Source of the DNA: an uncultured Myxococcales bacterium
GTDB taxonomy: Bacteria > Myxococcota > UBA4151
Assembly: GCA_964013405.1 (NCBI GenBank)
Contig: CAXGWI010000019.1
Location: 1 to 40,852 of the forward strand
Direction of reading: 5' to 3'
Length of the DNA stretch: 40,852 nucleotides
A program made the position numbers and the translations under genes. Below the pieces are notes generated by a model. That model was not told the DNA's origin. It did no database searches and was given only the letters and a program-made list of their open reading frames with translations. Shown here one piece after another: positions 8,152 to 17,193 of the stretch (positions are counted from its first letter, which is position 1; the number at the start of each line of letters is the position of its first letter).

Positions 8152-10035
8152 TTGGGTATCATTAACGAGAACCTCGAGATGGTGATGATGGCCGCGGCGA
8201 TCATCGTGACCTTGATGGTGATCCTGATGGCTTTTCGCGGGCAGGTTCGCCATCTCGTCAATGAACGTCTCACTTTTGTAGAAGGCCGAGAAAATCGCCT
8301 TCTCGAAGTCAGCACGATGATCAGTGAAGAACTCCAACTGCGACCGCTGCTGCGAAAGATCATGGAAGCGGTCACCGAGATTCTTCAGGCCGATCGAGCC
8401 ACGTTGTTTCTATACGATGACCAAAGTCGAGAGCTTTGGAGTGATATCGCGTTGGGGCTGGACGATGCGAAAGAGATTCGCATCCCCCACGACGCGGGCA
8501 TCGCAGGCTCGGTGTTCGTCAGTGGTGAGACGATCAACATCAAGGAGGCCTATGCAGACGACCGGTTCAATAAAGCGGTCGATAAAAAGACCGGCTATCG
8601 GACCCGTACGATTCTCTGTCAGCAAGTTCGAACCAAGGCAGGCAAGCCCATTGGCGTGATTCAGGTCCTCAACAAAGCGGAAGGGGTCTTTGACGAGACC
8701 GACGAGCGCAATCTGCGCGCCTTTACGGCCCAGGCCGCGGTGGCCTTGGAGAATGCTCAACTCTTTGAAGAGGTGATGACGGTCAAAAACTTCAACGAGG
8801 CAGTGCTCCAGTCCATGGCCAACGGCATGATCACCGTCGATGCGAAGGGGCGACTCACCAAGGGCAATGATGCGGCTGTACGGCTGTTGAACTGGCGCAG
8901 CTTAGAGGAGCATATTGGCGTTGGGCTGGATGGACTCTTCGCCGGCGAAAACGCTTGGGCCGCCGAGATGATCCAAAAGGTCCTCGATGGAGGCGAGGCG
9001 GACTCGGCTTTGGACAGTCGGATCGTCTTTTCGGGAAGCGGCGAAGAGGCGGTCTCGGTGAGTGTGAACTTTTCTGTCCAACCTCTTTTGAGCGCCAAGG
9101 GGGTCGGTATCGGTGCACTCGCCGTCATTGAAGATATCACCAGCGAAAAACGACTGAAATCAACCATGGCCCGCTACATGCCCAAAGAGGTTGCTGATCG
9201 GCTCCTCGAAGGGGGAGAGGATGCCCTCGGCGGGAGTCTTCAAGAAACCACGATCCTCTTCTCAGACATCCGGGCCTTTACGAGTTTTTCGGAGGTGGCC
9301 GGACCGGAAGAGACGGTCTCCATGCTCAACGATTACTTCGGGATTATGGTGGATCAGATCATGACCCATCACGGCATTCTCGATAAGTACATCGGCGATG
9401 CCATCATGGCCGTCTACGGCGCTCCTTTCTCCACTGGGAAGGATGCGGACAACGCCCTTAAATCGGCCATCAACATGATCATGGCTCTTGGTCACTTCAA
9501 CATGAAGCGACAAGCCGAGGGGAAGATGCCCATCGAGGTGGGTATTGGGCTCAACACGGGCGAAGTGGTCAGCGGGAATATCGGCAGCGAGCGGCGTATG
9601 GACTACACGGTCATCGGCGACGGTGTGAATCTGGCTGCACGACTCGAGAGCGCCACCAAGACCTATGGGGCAAAGATCCTGGTCAGTGAGTTTACGGTGG
9701 CTGGCCTGCAGGACGATTATCTGCTGCGGGAGGTGGACCGTCTCCGGGTGAAGGGGAAGTCCGAACCGGTGGCCATGTATGAAGCCTTGGATTGGACGGC
9801 AGCCTACCCAGAGGCGGTCTTTCCCAACCGAGACCGGGTGTTACAGCTCTTTGAGGTGGGCATGGATTGCTACAAAGAGCGGCTCTGGGATGATGCACGC
9901 CAGGCCTTCAAGCAGTCCCTCGACCTCAATCCTGCGGACAAGGTCAGTGAACTTTATCTGGATCGATGCCAAACCTTTATGCAGTCACCGCCCCCCGACG
10001 ATTGGGATGGGGTGTGGGTGATGAAGACAAAGTAG
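8152..10035 (+). CDS. Class III adenylate cyclase: TM-GAF-PAS-cyclase domain-TPR-like tail
   Basis: AGGAGG before TTG; N-terminal hydrophobic helix; GAF with VLNK..FD..DE; PAS; catalytic LFSDIRAFT, DKYIGDA, DYTVIGDGVNLAARLES; tail PPDDWDGVWVMKTK. Confidence 0.92.
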   Translation: MGIINENLEMVMMAAAIIVTLMVILMAFRGQVRHLVNERLTFVEGRENRLLEVSTMISEELQLRPLLRKIMEAVTEILQADRATLFLYDDQSRELWSDIALGLDDAKEIRIPHDAGIAGSVFVSGETINIKEAYADDRFNKAVDKKTGYRTRTILCQQVRTKAGKPIGVIQVLNKAEGVFDETDERNLRAFTAQAAVALENAQLFEEVMTVKNFNEAVLQSMANGMITVDAKGRLTKGNDAAVRLLNWRSLEEHIGVGLDGLFAGENAWAAEMIQKVLDGGEADSALDSRIVFSGSGEEAVSVSVNFSVQPLLSAKGVGIGALAVIEDITSEKRLKSTMARYMPKEVADRLLEGGEDALGGSLQETTILFSDIRAFTSFSEVAGPEETVSMLNDYFGIMVDQIMTHHGILDKYIGDAIMAVYGAPFSTGKDADNALKSAINMIMALGHFNMKRQAEGKMPIEVGIGLNTGEVVSGNIGSERRMDYTVIGDGVNLAARLESATKTYGAKILVSEFTVAGLQDDYLLREVDRLRVKGKSEPVAMYEALDWTAAYPEAVFPNRDRVLQLFEVGMDCYKERLWDDARQAFKQSLDLNPADKVSELYLDRCQTFMQSPPPDDWDGVWVMKTK

Positions 10036-10037
10036 CC

Positions 10038-10643
10038 TTAGCCGGGAATCTGGGTACGGCGCTCTTCTAACCAGACCACAAGTTTAGCCAAGGCTTTCGC
10101 CCGATGGCTGATGCGGCGTTTTTCATCGGCCGGGAGTTCGGCGGCCGTGCGTCCGTCTCCGATCATAAACAACGGGTCGTAGCCGAAACCACCCGAACCT
10201 TTCCGACCAAATCCGATCTGCCCAAACCATTCCCCAGAGCAGGCAAAAACCTGGCCTCTGGGATCAGCCAGCGAAAGGGCGCAAACATAATGGGCACCTC
10301 GTTCCTGCAAGGGACGGTCGCCAAGTCGCTGTAACAGGGTGTCATTGTTCGCCTCGTCGTCGCCATGGTCGCCGGCAAAGCGGGCACTGTAGATGCCTGG
10401 TGCGCCGTCGAGGGCATCAACACAGATTCCCGAGTCGTCGGCGATGCTGAGGAGGCCCAGGCGTTGGCTTGCCGTCTCGGCTTTGATCCGGGCGTTGGCC
10501 AGGAAGCTTGAGCCGGTCTCCTCCGGGGCTTCGTAATCCGGTGGGAGTCCTTCGACGACGAACCACTGGCCAAGGGCATCGGTCATCTCTTGGATTTTAT
10601 GGAGGTTACCGGTGGCGACGACAAGTCGGGGGCGTTCAAGCAT
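10038..10643 (-). CDS. rdgB: Non-canonical purine NTP pyrophosphatase (dITP/XTP)
   Basis: ATGNLHK, ADDSG, PGIYSARFAG, GFGYDPLF, ISHRAKA. Confidence 0.95.
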   Translation of the reverse strand: MLERPRLVVATGNLHKIQEMTDALGQWFVVEGLPPDYEAPEETGSSFLANARIKAETASQRLGLLSIADDSGICVDALDGAPGIYSARFAGDHGDDEANNDTLLQRLGDRPLQERGAHYVCALSLADPRGQVFACSGEWFGQIGFGRKGSGGFGYDPLFMIGDGRTAAELPADEKRRISHRAKALAKLVVWLEERRTQIPG

Positions 10644-11772
10644 CCCAAATCTCCTTTGTGAAGGGGAGCCGCTCGAGGCTGTGGGCCTGTTGTAATGTGT
10701 TCAAGTCGGGGCCTTGAGGGTCGTTTCCTACATCCACCTGATCCCCTAACCAGGGGCGAAGCGCCAGGGCGGCCGCGGACAGAGCGCAGGTCAGGCCATG
10801 TCCACCCAAACCCGTACACCAGGCGAGGCCCGTGAAGCGGGGATCGGGTCCTAAAATAAAGGCGTCGTCCGGGCTCAGCACCCGAAGGCCTGCCCAGCTG
10901 CGGACCAGGCGAGGTGCAGCGAGCTGGGGCCAGCGCTCGTGGAGGGCCCGGTGAAGTCGGGCCAGTCCTTCGGGGCCGCAGGCCGGCTGTTCGCCCCGTC
11001 GGGGGGATTCGGGGATATCGTCACAGGCACTCACGAGTAGGCCCTCTTCGTGGCCACGAAAGTAGACCTCCCCGTCGAGATCCCAAACCCAGGGCATAGA
11101 GGTTCTTTTTTGCCGCTGACTGAGCACGAAAAGGTGGCGCTTGAAGGGCTGGAGGGGGAGATCCAAGAGGTCTCGGCTCCAAGCGCCGCCACACAGGATA
11201 ACCCGTTCCGCTTCGATGGATCGACCGTCTTCTAGGACCAAGCCTCTGACTCGGCCGCCTTGGTGGTGGAGCCCTTCGACCCGAGCTTCCATCTGCAGGG
11301 TGGCTGCGGAATGCTCGAGGAGATGATGGCAGAGGGCCTTCGCTTCCCGCAGGCCATCATCGGGGCAGTAGAGGGCTCTTGATTGGGCGGGCAGTTGCAT
11401 GCCGGTGAGTTCCTCGAAGCGGGCGGCTGGAAGCCGTTCGGTGTGGCCGGCCCGATAGCCAGCCGCGAGTTCCGGCCCTTGACCACCGACGAGAACAGAA
11501 CCCGTCGCAAGGAGTGGTGGTGCGGCTGGAAGCCGGTCCCTGAGGCTCCGGTGTAAATGAAGACCCCGCCGGGCTAAAGCTGCGGTGAAGGGGTTGCTCG
11601 CATGTTGCCGAAGCATCCCTGCATTCTGGCCGCTGCCATGCCACCCCGCTTCGCTCTCTTGTTCGATCACAAGGAGGTCCCGATGGCCTGCTTTTGTTAG
11701 TTGCTCTGCCACGGCAGCACCGGCCAGGCCTGCGCCGACAATGACAAATTCCGCCTGAAGCTTGCGGTTCAC
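10636..11772 (-). CDS. FAD-dependent oxidoreductase, DAO/sarcosine-oxidase-beta family
   Basis: IVGAGLAG, GSGQNAG, GGAWS, SWAGLR..PD, GLGGHG. Confidence 0.85.
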   Translation of the reverse strand: MNRKLQAEFVIVGAGLAGAAVAEQLTKAGHRDLLVIEQESEAGWHGSGQNAGMLRQHASNPFTAALARRGLHLHRSLRDRLPAAPPLLATGSVLVGGQGPELAAGYRAGHTERLPAARFEELTGMQLPAQSRALYCPDDGLREAKALCHHLLEHSAATLQMEARVEGLHHQGGRVRGLVLEDGRSIEAERVILCGGAWSRDLLDLPLQPFKRHLFVLSQRQKRTSMPWVWDLDGEVYFRGHEEGLLVSACDDIPESPRRGEQPACGPEGLARLHRALHERWPQLAAPRLVRSWAGLRVLSPDDAFILGPDPRFTGLAWCTGLGGHGLTCALSAAALALRPWLGDQVDVGNDPQGPDLNTLQQAHSLERLPFTKEIWDA

Positions 11773-12287
11773 CGCTCCCCAAGACGGTCGAGAAGCATCG
11801 CAAAGTTACAGGGCTTGGTGGCGAGGTCCAGTTGGCTGATGAGAATCTTTTCCAGGGCCATCTGGCAGGCATTGGTCGAACCGGGCACGGCGAAAAGCAG
11901 CGTGCCGCCGGCGACGCCAGCCGTGGCCCGGCTCTGGATGGTGCTGGCCCCGATATCGGCGTAGCTCAATTGACGAAACAACTCGCCGAAGCCAGGCAGT
12001 GCCTTGTCGAACAGGGGTTCCATGGCCTCCGGCGCAATATCCCGTCCGGTGATCCCCGTCGCGCCCGTGGTGATCACGACGTTGACTTGGGGTTCGGCGA
12101 TTGCGGCACAGAGTGCGGCCCGGACCTGCCACAGGTCATCGGGGAGAATGCTGCGGGTCAGCACCCGGTGCCCCGCGGCCTCCAGCCCTTCCGCCAGCAC
12201 CGCACCACTTCGGTCCGTTGCTAAGGTGCGTGTGTCGCTCAGGGTGAAAACGGCAACCCCGAGGGCTCTAAAGGTCGACTCCGTCAT
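11769..12287 (-). CDS. moaB: Molybdenum cofactor biosynthesis protein B
   Basis: SDTRT..TDRSG, TTGATGITGRD..PEA, LPGFGELFR, IQSRA, PGSTNAC. Confidence 0.92.
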   Translation of the reverse strand: MTESTFRALGVAVFTLSDTRTLATDRSGAVLAEGLEAAGHRVLTRSILPDDLWQVRAALCAAIAEPQVNVVITTGATGITGRDIAPEAMEPLFDKALPGFGELFRQLSYADIGASTIQSRATAGVAGGTLLFAVPGSTNACQMALEKILISQLDLATKPCNFAMLLDRLGER

Positions 12288-13394
12288 TTAGAGTGCAAGG
12301 GGGGTGTAGGGGACCCCAGTAGCCCGGGCCACCGGCTCATAAACACAATGACCGTTGAGGACATTGATGCCCTTGGCGAGACAGGGGTCGGCCTTGGCCG
12401 CCGCGACGAGCCCGTGGTTTGCCAGGGCACTGGCGTAGCGCAATGTGGTGGCCGTCAAGGCGTAGGTTGAGGTCTGGGCCACCGCTCCGGGCATGTTGGC
12501 GACGCAGTAGTGCACCACACCGCCGACGGTGAATGTGGGGTCTTCATGGGTGGTGGGCCGACAGGTTTCCACACAGCCACCCTGGTCCACCGCCACATCC
12601 ACGATCACAGAGCCTTCGGTCATCTGCTCTTCAATTTGTTGTTTGCTGATCAGGTGGGGGGCTTTGGCGCCAGGAATGAGCACCGCACCGATGACCACAT
12701 CGACCTTCGGCAGCATGGTGTTGATGTTGTAGGCGTTGGAATAGAGGGTTTGAATACGCCCCCCAAAGACCTCATCGATGTAGCTCATTCGGTCCGGGTC
12801 GATATCGAGCACGGTGACCCGGGCTCCGAGGCCCATGGCGATGCGTGCGCCGGCCAGGCCGACGATACCACCGCCGAGCACCATCACTTCCGCTTGCCGT
12901 GTCCCGGGCACGCCGCCCATCAGCAGGCCTTTGCCGCCGTGGGCTTTTTCCAGGCTAATGGCCGCTTCCTGGGCGCTCAGGCGACCAGCAACCTCCGACA
13001 TGGGCCGCAGTAGCGGTAGGCTGCCGTCGTCCAACTGCACCGTCTCGTAGGCGACCGACTGGATGCCTTTGTTCATGAGCTCTTCGGTCAGCGGGGCGTC
13101 CGCGGCCAGGTGGAGATAGGTGTAGAGGGTCTGGCCCGACTTCATTCGATGCCACTCGGGCTGGACGGGTTCCTTCACCTTGATCACCATCTCCGCATCC
13201 CAGGCCTGGTCTGCATTGGCGACGATCCGGGCACCCACCGCCTCATAGGCAGCATCTGGGATGCCTGCGCCCACACCAGCGGTGGTCTCGATCATGACAT
13301 CGTGGCCTTGATCCACCAGGGTCTGGACCCCAGCAGGGACCATGCCGACTCGGTTTTCTGCCACCTTAATCTCTTTCGGTACGCCGATGAGCAT
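12288..13394 (-). CDS. ald: Alanine dehydrogenase
   Basis: GVPKEIK..ENRV, KVKEP, TYLHLAA, PMSEVAGR, DVAVDQGGC, HYCVANMPGAV. Confidence 0.97.
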   Translation of the reverse strand: MLIGVPKEIKVAENRVGMVPAGVQTLVDQGHDVMIETTAGVGAGIPDAAYEAVGARIVANADQAWDAEMVIKVKEPVQPEWHRMKSGQTLYTYLHLAADAPLTEELMNKGIQSVAYETVQLDDGSLPLLRPMSEVAGRLSAQEAAISLEKAHGGKGLLMGGVPGTRQAEVMVLGGGIVGLAGARIAMGLGARVTVLDIDPDRMSYIDEVFGGRIQTLYSNAYNINTMLPKVDVVIGAVLIPGAKAPHLISKQQIEEQMTEGSVIVDVAVDQGGCVETCRPTTHEDPTFTVGGVVHYCVANMPGAVAQTSTYALTATTLRYASALANHGLVAAAKADPCLAKGINVLNGHCVYEPVARATGVPYTPLAL

Positions 13395-13464
13395 CTTTTT
13401 TCTCCAGAGCGAATCCTGCCCTTAGTCTTGGTCGAACCCACTTCGTGGGTAGGCTGGGGACCCT

Positions 13465-14376
13465 TTGAAAGATTTTTTTCGGATCGGGCAAGGGATTTAC
13501 GCACTGGGCCTTCTGGCCTTGATGCTTGGGTCTCCGGTTCAAGCCGGCGAACAGCCGGACGATCGGCTGGATCGGGCGGCCCAGCAGGCCCGTGATGGCA
13601 GCCTTGCCTCGGTGCGAGCAGTCCTTGCTCAGGAGGGTTACTACCCCTTCTTGTTGCGCTCAGTTCCCGCTGAGATGGACCCATCGCTGCGGGAATCCCA
13701 GGGCTTGATCCACTGTAGCCGTCCCCGGGGTGGGCAGCGGATCTGTGGCCGCATCGTCGCCCGACTTCTCGACGCCAGCCCCCTCCATTTCCAGGTGGCT
13801 GCATCCGCAGGCTTCGTCGTCCACAGCGCCCACCTCGTGATGGCCGATGGTCGGACCGAACGCCTCCGACCAGACAAACATGGACTCATCGATGTGCCCC
13901 CGCACCTGCAACAGCGGTGGCTTCGCTTGGGAATTACGGTGCGGGGTCCGGACGGGCCGGAGACCGGCCTGTTTCTGGCCCAGGAGGCCGCTGGAGCCCC
14001 ACCGAGCCCTTGCAGTGGCGCAGATCGGGCATCGGCTTTGGTTCAAGCGATCAACCGACAGCGGGCCGATCTGGGCTTCTTGCCCCTGCGAGCAGTCGCG
14101 GCACCCCAGGCCTATGCCCATGTTCGCCAAAAGGCGCTCAAACAGCGCTTTGCCCATCCCGAGGAAGGCTTAGGCCCGCTGTTGCGTTCCTTGGATCTGC
14201 GCTTGCGCCGGGCCGCGGAGTTGCTGGCGGAAGACGATGAGATGGCCGCGGTCTGCGAGGGCTGGATGCAGTCTCCATCCCATCGGGCCGCGCTCCTCAA
14301 CCCTCAGCGCAACCGAATCGCGCTGGTCCACCAAGGGGAGCGGGTGGCTGCCCTCCTGTGGCAGCAGCGCGATTAA
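13465..14376 (+). CDS. Secreted protein with C-terminal CAP/SCP domain
   Basis: Signal-like N-terminus; AINRQRA..G..PL and [12 protein letters not shown] resemble the CAP consensus. Start codon uncertain. Confidence 0.7.
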   Translation: MKDFFRIGQGIYALGLLALMLGSPVQAGEQPDDRLDRAAQQARDGSLASVRAVLAQEGYYPFLLRSVPAEMDPSLRESQGLIHCSRPRGGQRICGRIVARLLDASPLHFQVAASAGFVVHSAHLVMADGRTERLRPDKHGLIDVPPHLQQRWLRLGITVRGPDGPETGLFLAQEAAGAPPSPCSGADRASALVQAINRQRADLGFLPLRAVAAPQAYAHVRQKALKQRFAHPEEGLGPLLRSLDLRLRRAAELLAEDDEMAAVCEGWMQSPSHRAALLNPQRNRIALVHQGERVAALLWQQRD

Positions 14377-14426
14377 GCCAATCTAGCCTTGCTACCGACC
14401 CCCATGCGCGCCAAAAGCCCCCCGCC

Positions 14427-14831
14427 ATGACGACTCAGCCGAACCGAGAACTCGAATCCTTCGATAACCCAAACCCCGGGCGGGACTACGAGGTGGAGAT
14501 CCTTTGCCCCGAGTTTACCTGTCTGTGCCCGAAGACCGGCCAACCTGATTTCGCGGTCTTCCGTTTGCGCTACGTTCCAGCTCTGCGCTGCGTCGAGTTG
14601 AAGAGCCTCAAGTTGTATTTTTGGAGCTTTCGCGACGAAGGGCATTTCCACGAAGACGTGACCAACCGGATCCTCGACGATCTGGTGACCGAACTGTCAC
14701 CGAGGGCCATGGAACTAGAAGGGGTCTTCAACATCCGCGGTGGACTGACCACCACGGTGGTCGCGCGCCACGGCGACTCATCCCTGCTTCCACCTCGTCA
14801 CCGACTATCCGGTCTCAATACGGTCAGCTGA
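14427..14831 (+). CDS. queF: preQ0 nitrile reductase (type I)
   Basis: [39 protein letters not shown]; start at ATG 14427. Confidence 0.95.
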   Translation: MTTQPNRELESFDNPNPGRDYEVEILCPEFTCLCPKTGQPDFAVFRLRYVPALRCVELKSLKLYFWSFRDEGHFHEDVTNRILDDLVTELSPRAMELEGVFNIRGGLTTTVVARHGDSSLLPPRHRLSGLNTVS

Positions 14832-14832
14832 G

Positions 14833-16959
14833 ATGAAGATACTGCTTCAGAACAAGCGACACGGGACCTTGCGTCTCGAAGACAGCCCACCACCCCGCTG
14901 CGGTGCCAACGACGTGTTGGTCCATATCGCCCATTCGGTGATTTCGCCGGGGACGGAGCGCAGCACCGTTCAGGCTGCGAAGGCCAGCCTCATGGGCAAA
15001 GCCAAACAACGACCGGACCTGGTCAAAAAGGTCCTTCAGGCGGCTCGCACTCGGGGCTTGGCCGAGACCTATCGCATGGTGAAGGGCCGGCTGGATGCTT
15101 GGGATCCTATGGGTTACTCGGCCTCCGGGATTGTCCAAGCCGTCGGGGCCAATGTTCACGGCCTGTCCGTCGGCGATTCCGTGGCCTGCGGCGGTGTGGG
15201 CTACGCGGTCCATGGGCAGGTGGCTCGGGTTCCAGCCAATCTTTGTGCGAAGGTACCAGAAGGTCTGGGGCTCGACACAGCAGCTTTGACCACCATCGGC
15301 GCCATCGCGATGCAGGGCGTTCGCCAGGCGGATTTGAAGGTCGGCGAACTGGCGGTGGTCGTCGGATTAGGGCTCGTGGGTCAGATGACAGCCCGTATTT
15401 TGGTCGCCAGCGGAGTGAAGGTCCTCTGTGTTGACTTAAATCCAGACGCTGTCGCGCTGGCCCAGGACCACGGCCTTGAGGTCTACAGCGGTGACCAGAA
15501 GACCCAGCTCGCCGAAGCGATTGCCCAGGGGAGTCACGGCCAGGGTGCTGACGGCATTTTGGTCTGTGCGGCGACCCGCAGCAGCGACCCGGTGGTCGAG
15601 GCCGCCGAGTGGTGTCGGCAGCGGGGCACGATCGTTGTGGTCGGCGCCGTGGGGATGGATTTGCCCAGGGAGCCCTTCTATTTGAAGGAGATCAACTTCA
15701 AGCTCAGTTGCTCCTATGGCCCGGGGCGCTACGACGCAAGCTACGAGGAAGGTGGTCTCGACTACCCTTACGCTTATGTCCGTTGGACAGAGCGTCGGAA
15801 CATGGAGAGCGTGTTGGCCCTCGCGGCCGACGGGCGTTTGCAGCTCGACGACTTGATCACCCATCGCTTCGACTTTGCCGACGTCGAGTCTGCTTACGAA
15901 TTGCTCGACGGGGGTGGTTGGAGTTGCGCCATCTGCTTGGATTACCGTTCCGAGGCGGCACCTTTTGTGGCCCAGGAAGCGATCGAAGTGGTCCAAGGAA
16001 GGGTGCATCTTGGCCTCATCGGCGCGGGGAGTTACGTGCAGGATGTCCTCTTGCCGATACTCGCATCCCTTCCGGAGCTTCAGCTTTCGGCGATGGCGAC
16101 GGGGAGTGGCTTCACGGCCCCGGGGGTTGCGAGCCGGTTCGGCATTGGCGCAGTCCTTGGCAGCGCAGATGATGTGTTGGCGACCGAGGCCTTGGATGCG
16201 GTCCTTGTCGGGACCCGCCATGGTAGCCATGCTCGCTTTGGCGAGGCTGTGTTGCGCCACGGCAAACACCTGTTCGTCGAGAAGCCGCTGGCGCTGACCG
16301 AAGCACAACTCGAGACGGTTGAGACGGCCTGGCGTGGGGCCGGTCGGGTGGCGATGGTTGGGTTTAATCGGAGCCATGCACCGCTGACAGAGGCCATCCT
16401 CCATCGCATGGGGACCAGCATCAACTTGGTGCAGATTCGTGTGAATGCGGGCCAGTTGCCGGCGGATCACTGGTTACATGATTTGGAGAGTGGCGGCGGT
16501 CGCCTTCTGGGTGAAGGTTGTCACTTTGTCGATCTCGCCCTTCGACTTTTAGGAGGCGAGCCCGTCGAGGTGAGTTGTTCCGGGGCACCGGCCCCAGGGC
16601 GCTCGGTTCAAGCCTGGGATGATTTTGTCATCAGCCTCAAGACCGACGGCGGTGGGGTCGCGAGTATTAGCTACAGTGGCAGTGGCGGCTTGGGCCTTGG
16701 CAAAGAGCTCGTTGAGGTCTTCGGCGGCGGCGTGTCGGCGGTGATCGATGACTTCAAGAAGCTCACCTTTTTCGAAGGCGGCAAAGCAAAAGCGACCAGC
16801 GGGGCCCAGGACAAGGGACAGCGTCGCCAAATGCAGCGTTTCGTCGCCGCTTGCCGAGGTGAGGACCTCGAAGCTCGCCAGGCAGACTTCGAACGGGCCA
16901 TCCAGACCACCCGGGTCTGTCTCGCTGCGGTCCGGAGCATGCGAGGCGGGGCCGAGTAG
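14833..16959 (+). CDS. Bi-domain oxidoreductase (MDR/Zn-dehydrogenase-like fused to Gfo/Idh/MocA)
   Basis: SVISPGTE, GYSASG, GAIAMQGVRQ, SCSYGPGRYD, WTERRNM; second domain TRHGSH, VEKPLA, VGFNR, GEGCHFVD. Confidence 0.88.
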   Translation: MKILLQNKRHGTLRLEDSPPPRCGANDVLVHIAHSVISPGTERSTVQAAKASLMGKAKQRPDLVKKVLQAARTRGLAETYRMVKGRLDAWDPMGYSASGIVQAVGANVHGLSVGDSVACGGVGYAVHGQVARVPANLCAKVPEGLGLDTAALTTIGAIAMQGVRQADLKVGELAVVVGLGLVGQMTARILVASGVKVLCVDLNPDAVALAQDHGLEVYSGDQKTQLAEAIAQGSHGQGADGILVCAATRSSDPVVEAAEWCRQRGTIVVVGAVGMDLPREPFYLKEINFKLSCSYGPGRYDASYEEGGLDYPYAYVRWTERRNMESVLALAADGRLQLDDLITHRFDFADVESAYELLDGGGWSCAICLDYRSEAAPFVAQEAIEVVQGRVHLGLIGAGSYVQDVLLPILASLPELQLSAMATGSGFTAPGVASRFGIGAVLGSADDVLATEALDAVLVGTRHGSHARFGEAVLRHGKHLFVEKPLALTEAQLETVETAWRGAGRVAMVGFNRSHAPLTEAILHRMGTSINLVQIRVNAGQLPADHWLHDLESGGGRLLGEGCHFVDLALRLLGGEPVEVSCSGAPAPGRSVQAWDDFVISLKTDGGGVASISYSGSGGLGLGKELVEVFGGGVSAVIDDFKKLTFFEGGKAKATSGAQDKGQRRQMQRFVAACRGEDLEARQADFERAIQTTRVCLAAVRSMRGGAE

Positions 16960-17032
16960 CCTGGGCGGCAGCCGGAAGCCCTCCCCATCTTCGTCGTTGT
17001 GTGATTTTCGACGATTCCACCGATCCGAAGAC

Positions 17033-17061
17033 TTGCGGCCCTTCGTTCCCGGTATTACAAC
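17033..17061 (+). promoter_or_regulatory. Putative promoter upstream of the CNNM/CorC gene
   Basis: TTGCGG-N17-TACAAC in the 234-nt intergenic region. Confidence 0.4.
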
Positions 17062-17193
17062 AGAGCGGTACCAGCGGAGAAACGATCCCTCTTTGAACGA
17101 GCGACCTTCCCCCGGATCGGCGGAACCTGACCCAGATCAGCCCGGCGATCCCCGTGACATCATCTCAAGCACTCCACCGAAGAGGGCCGGTCT

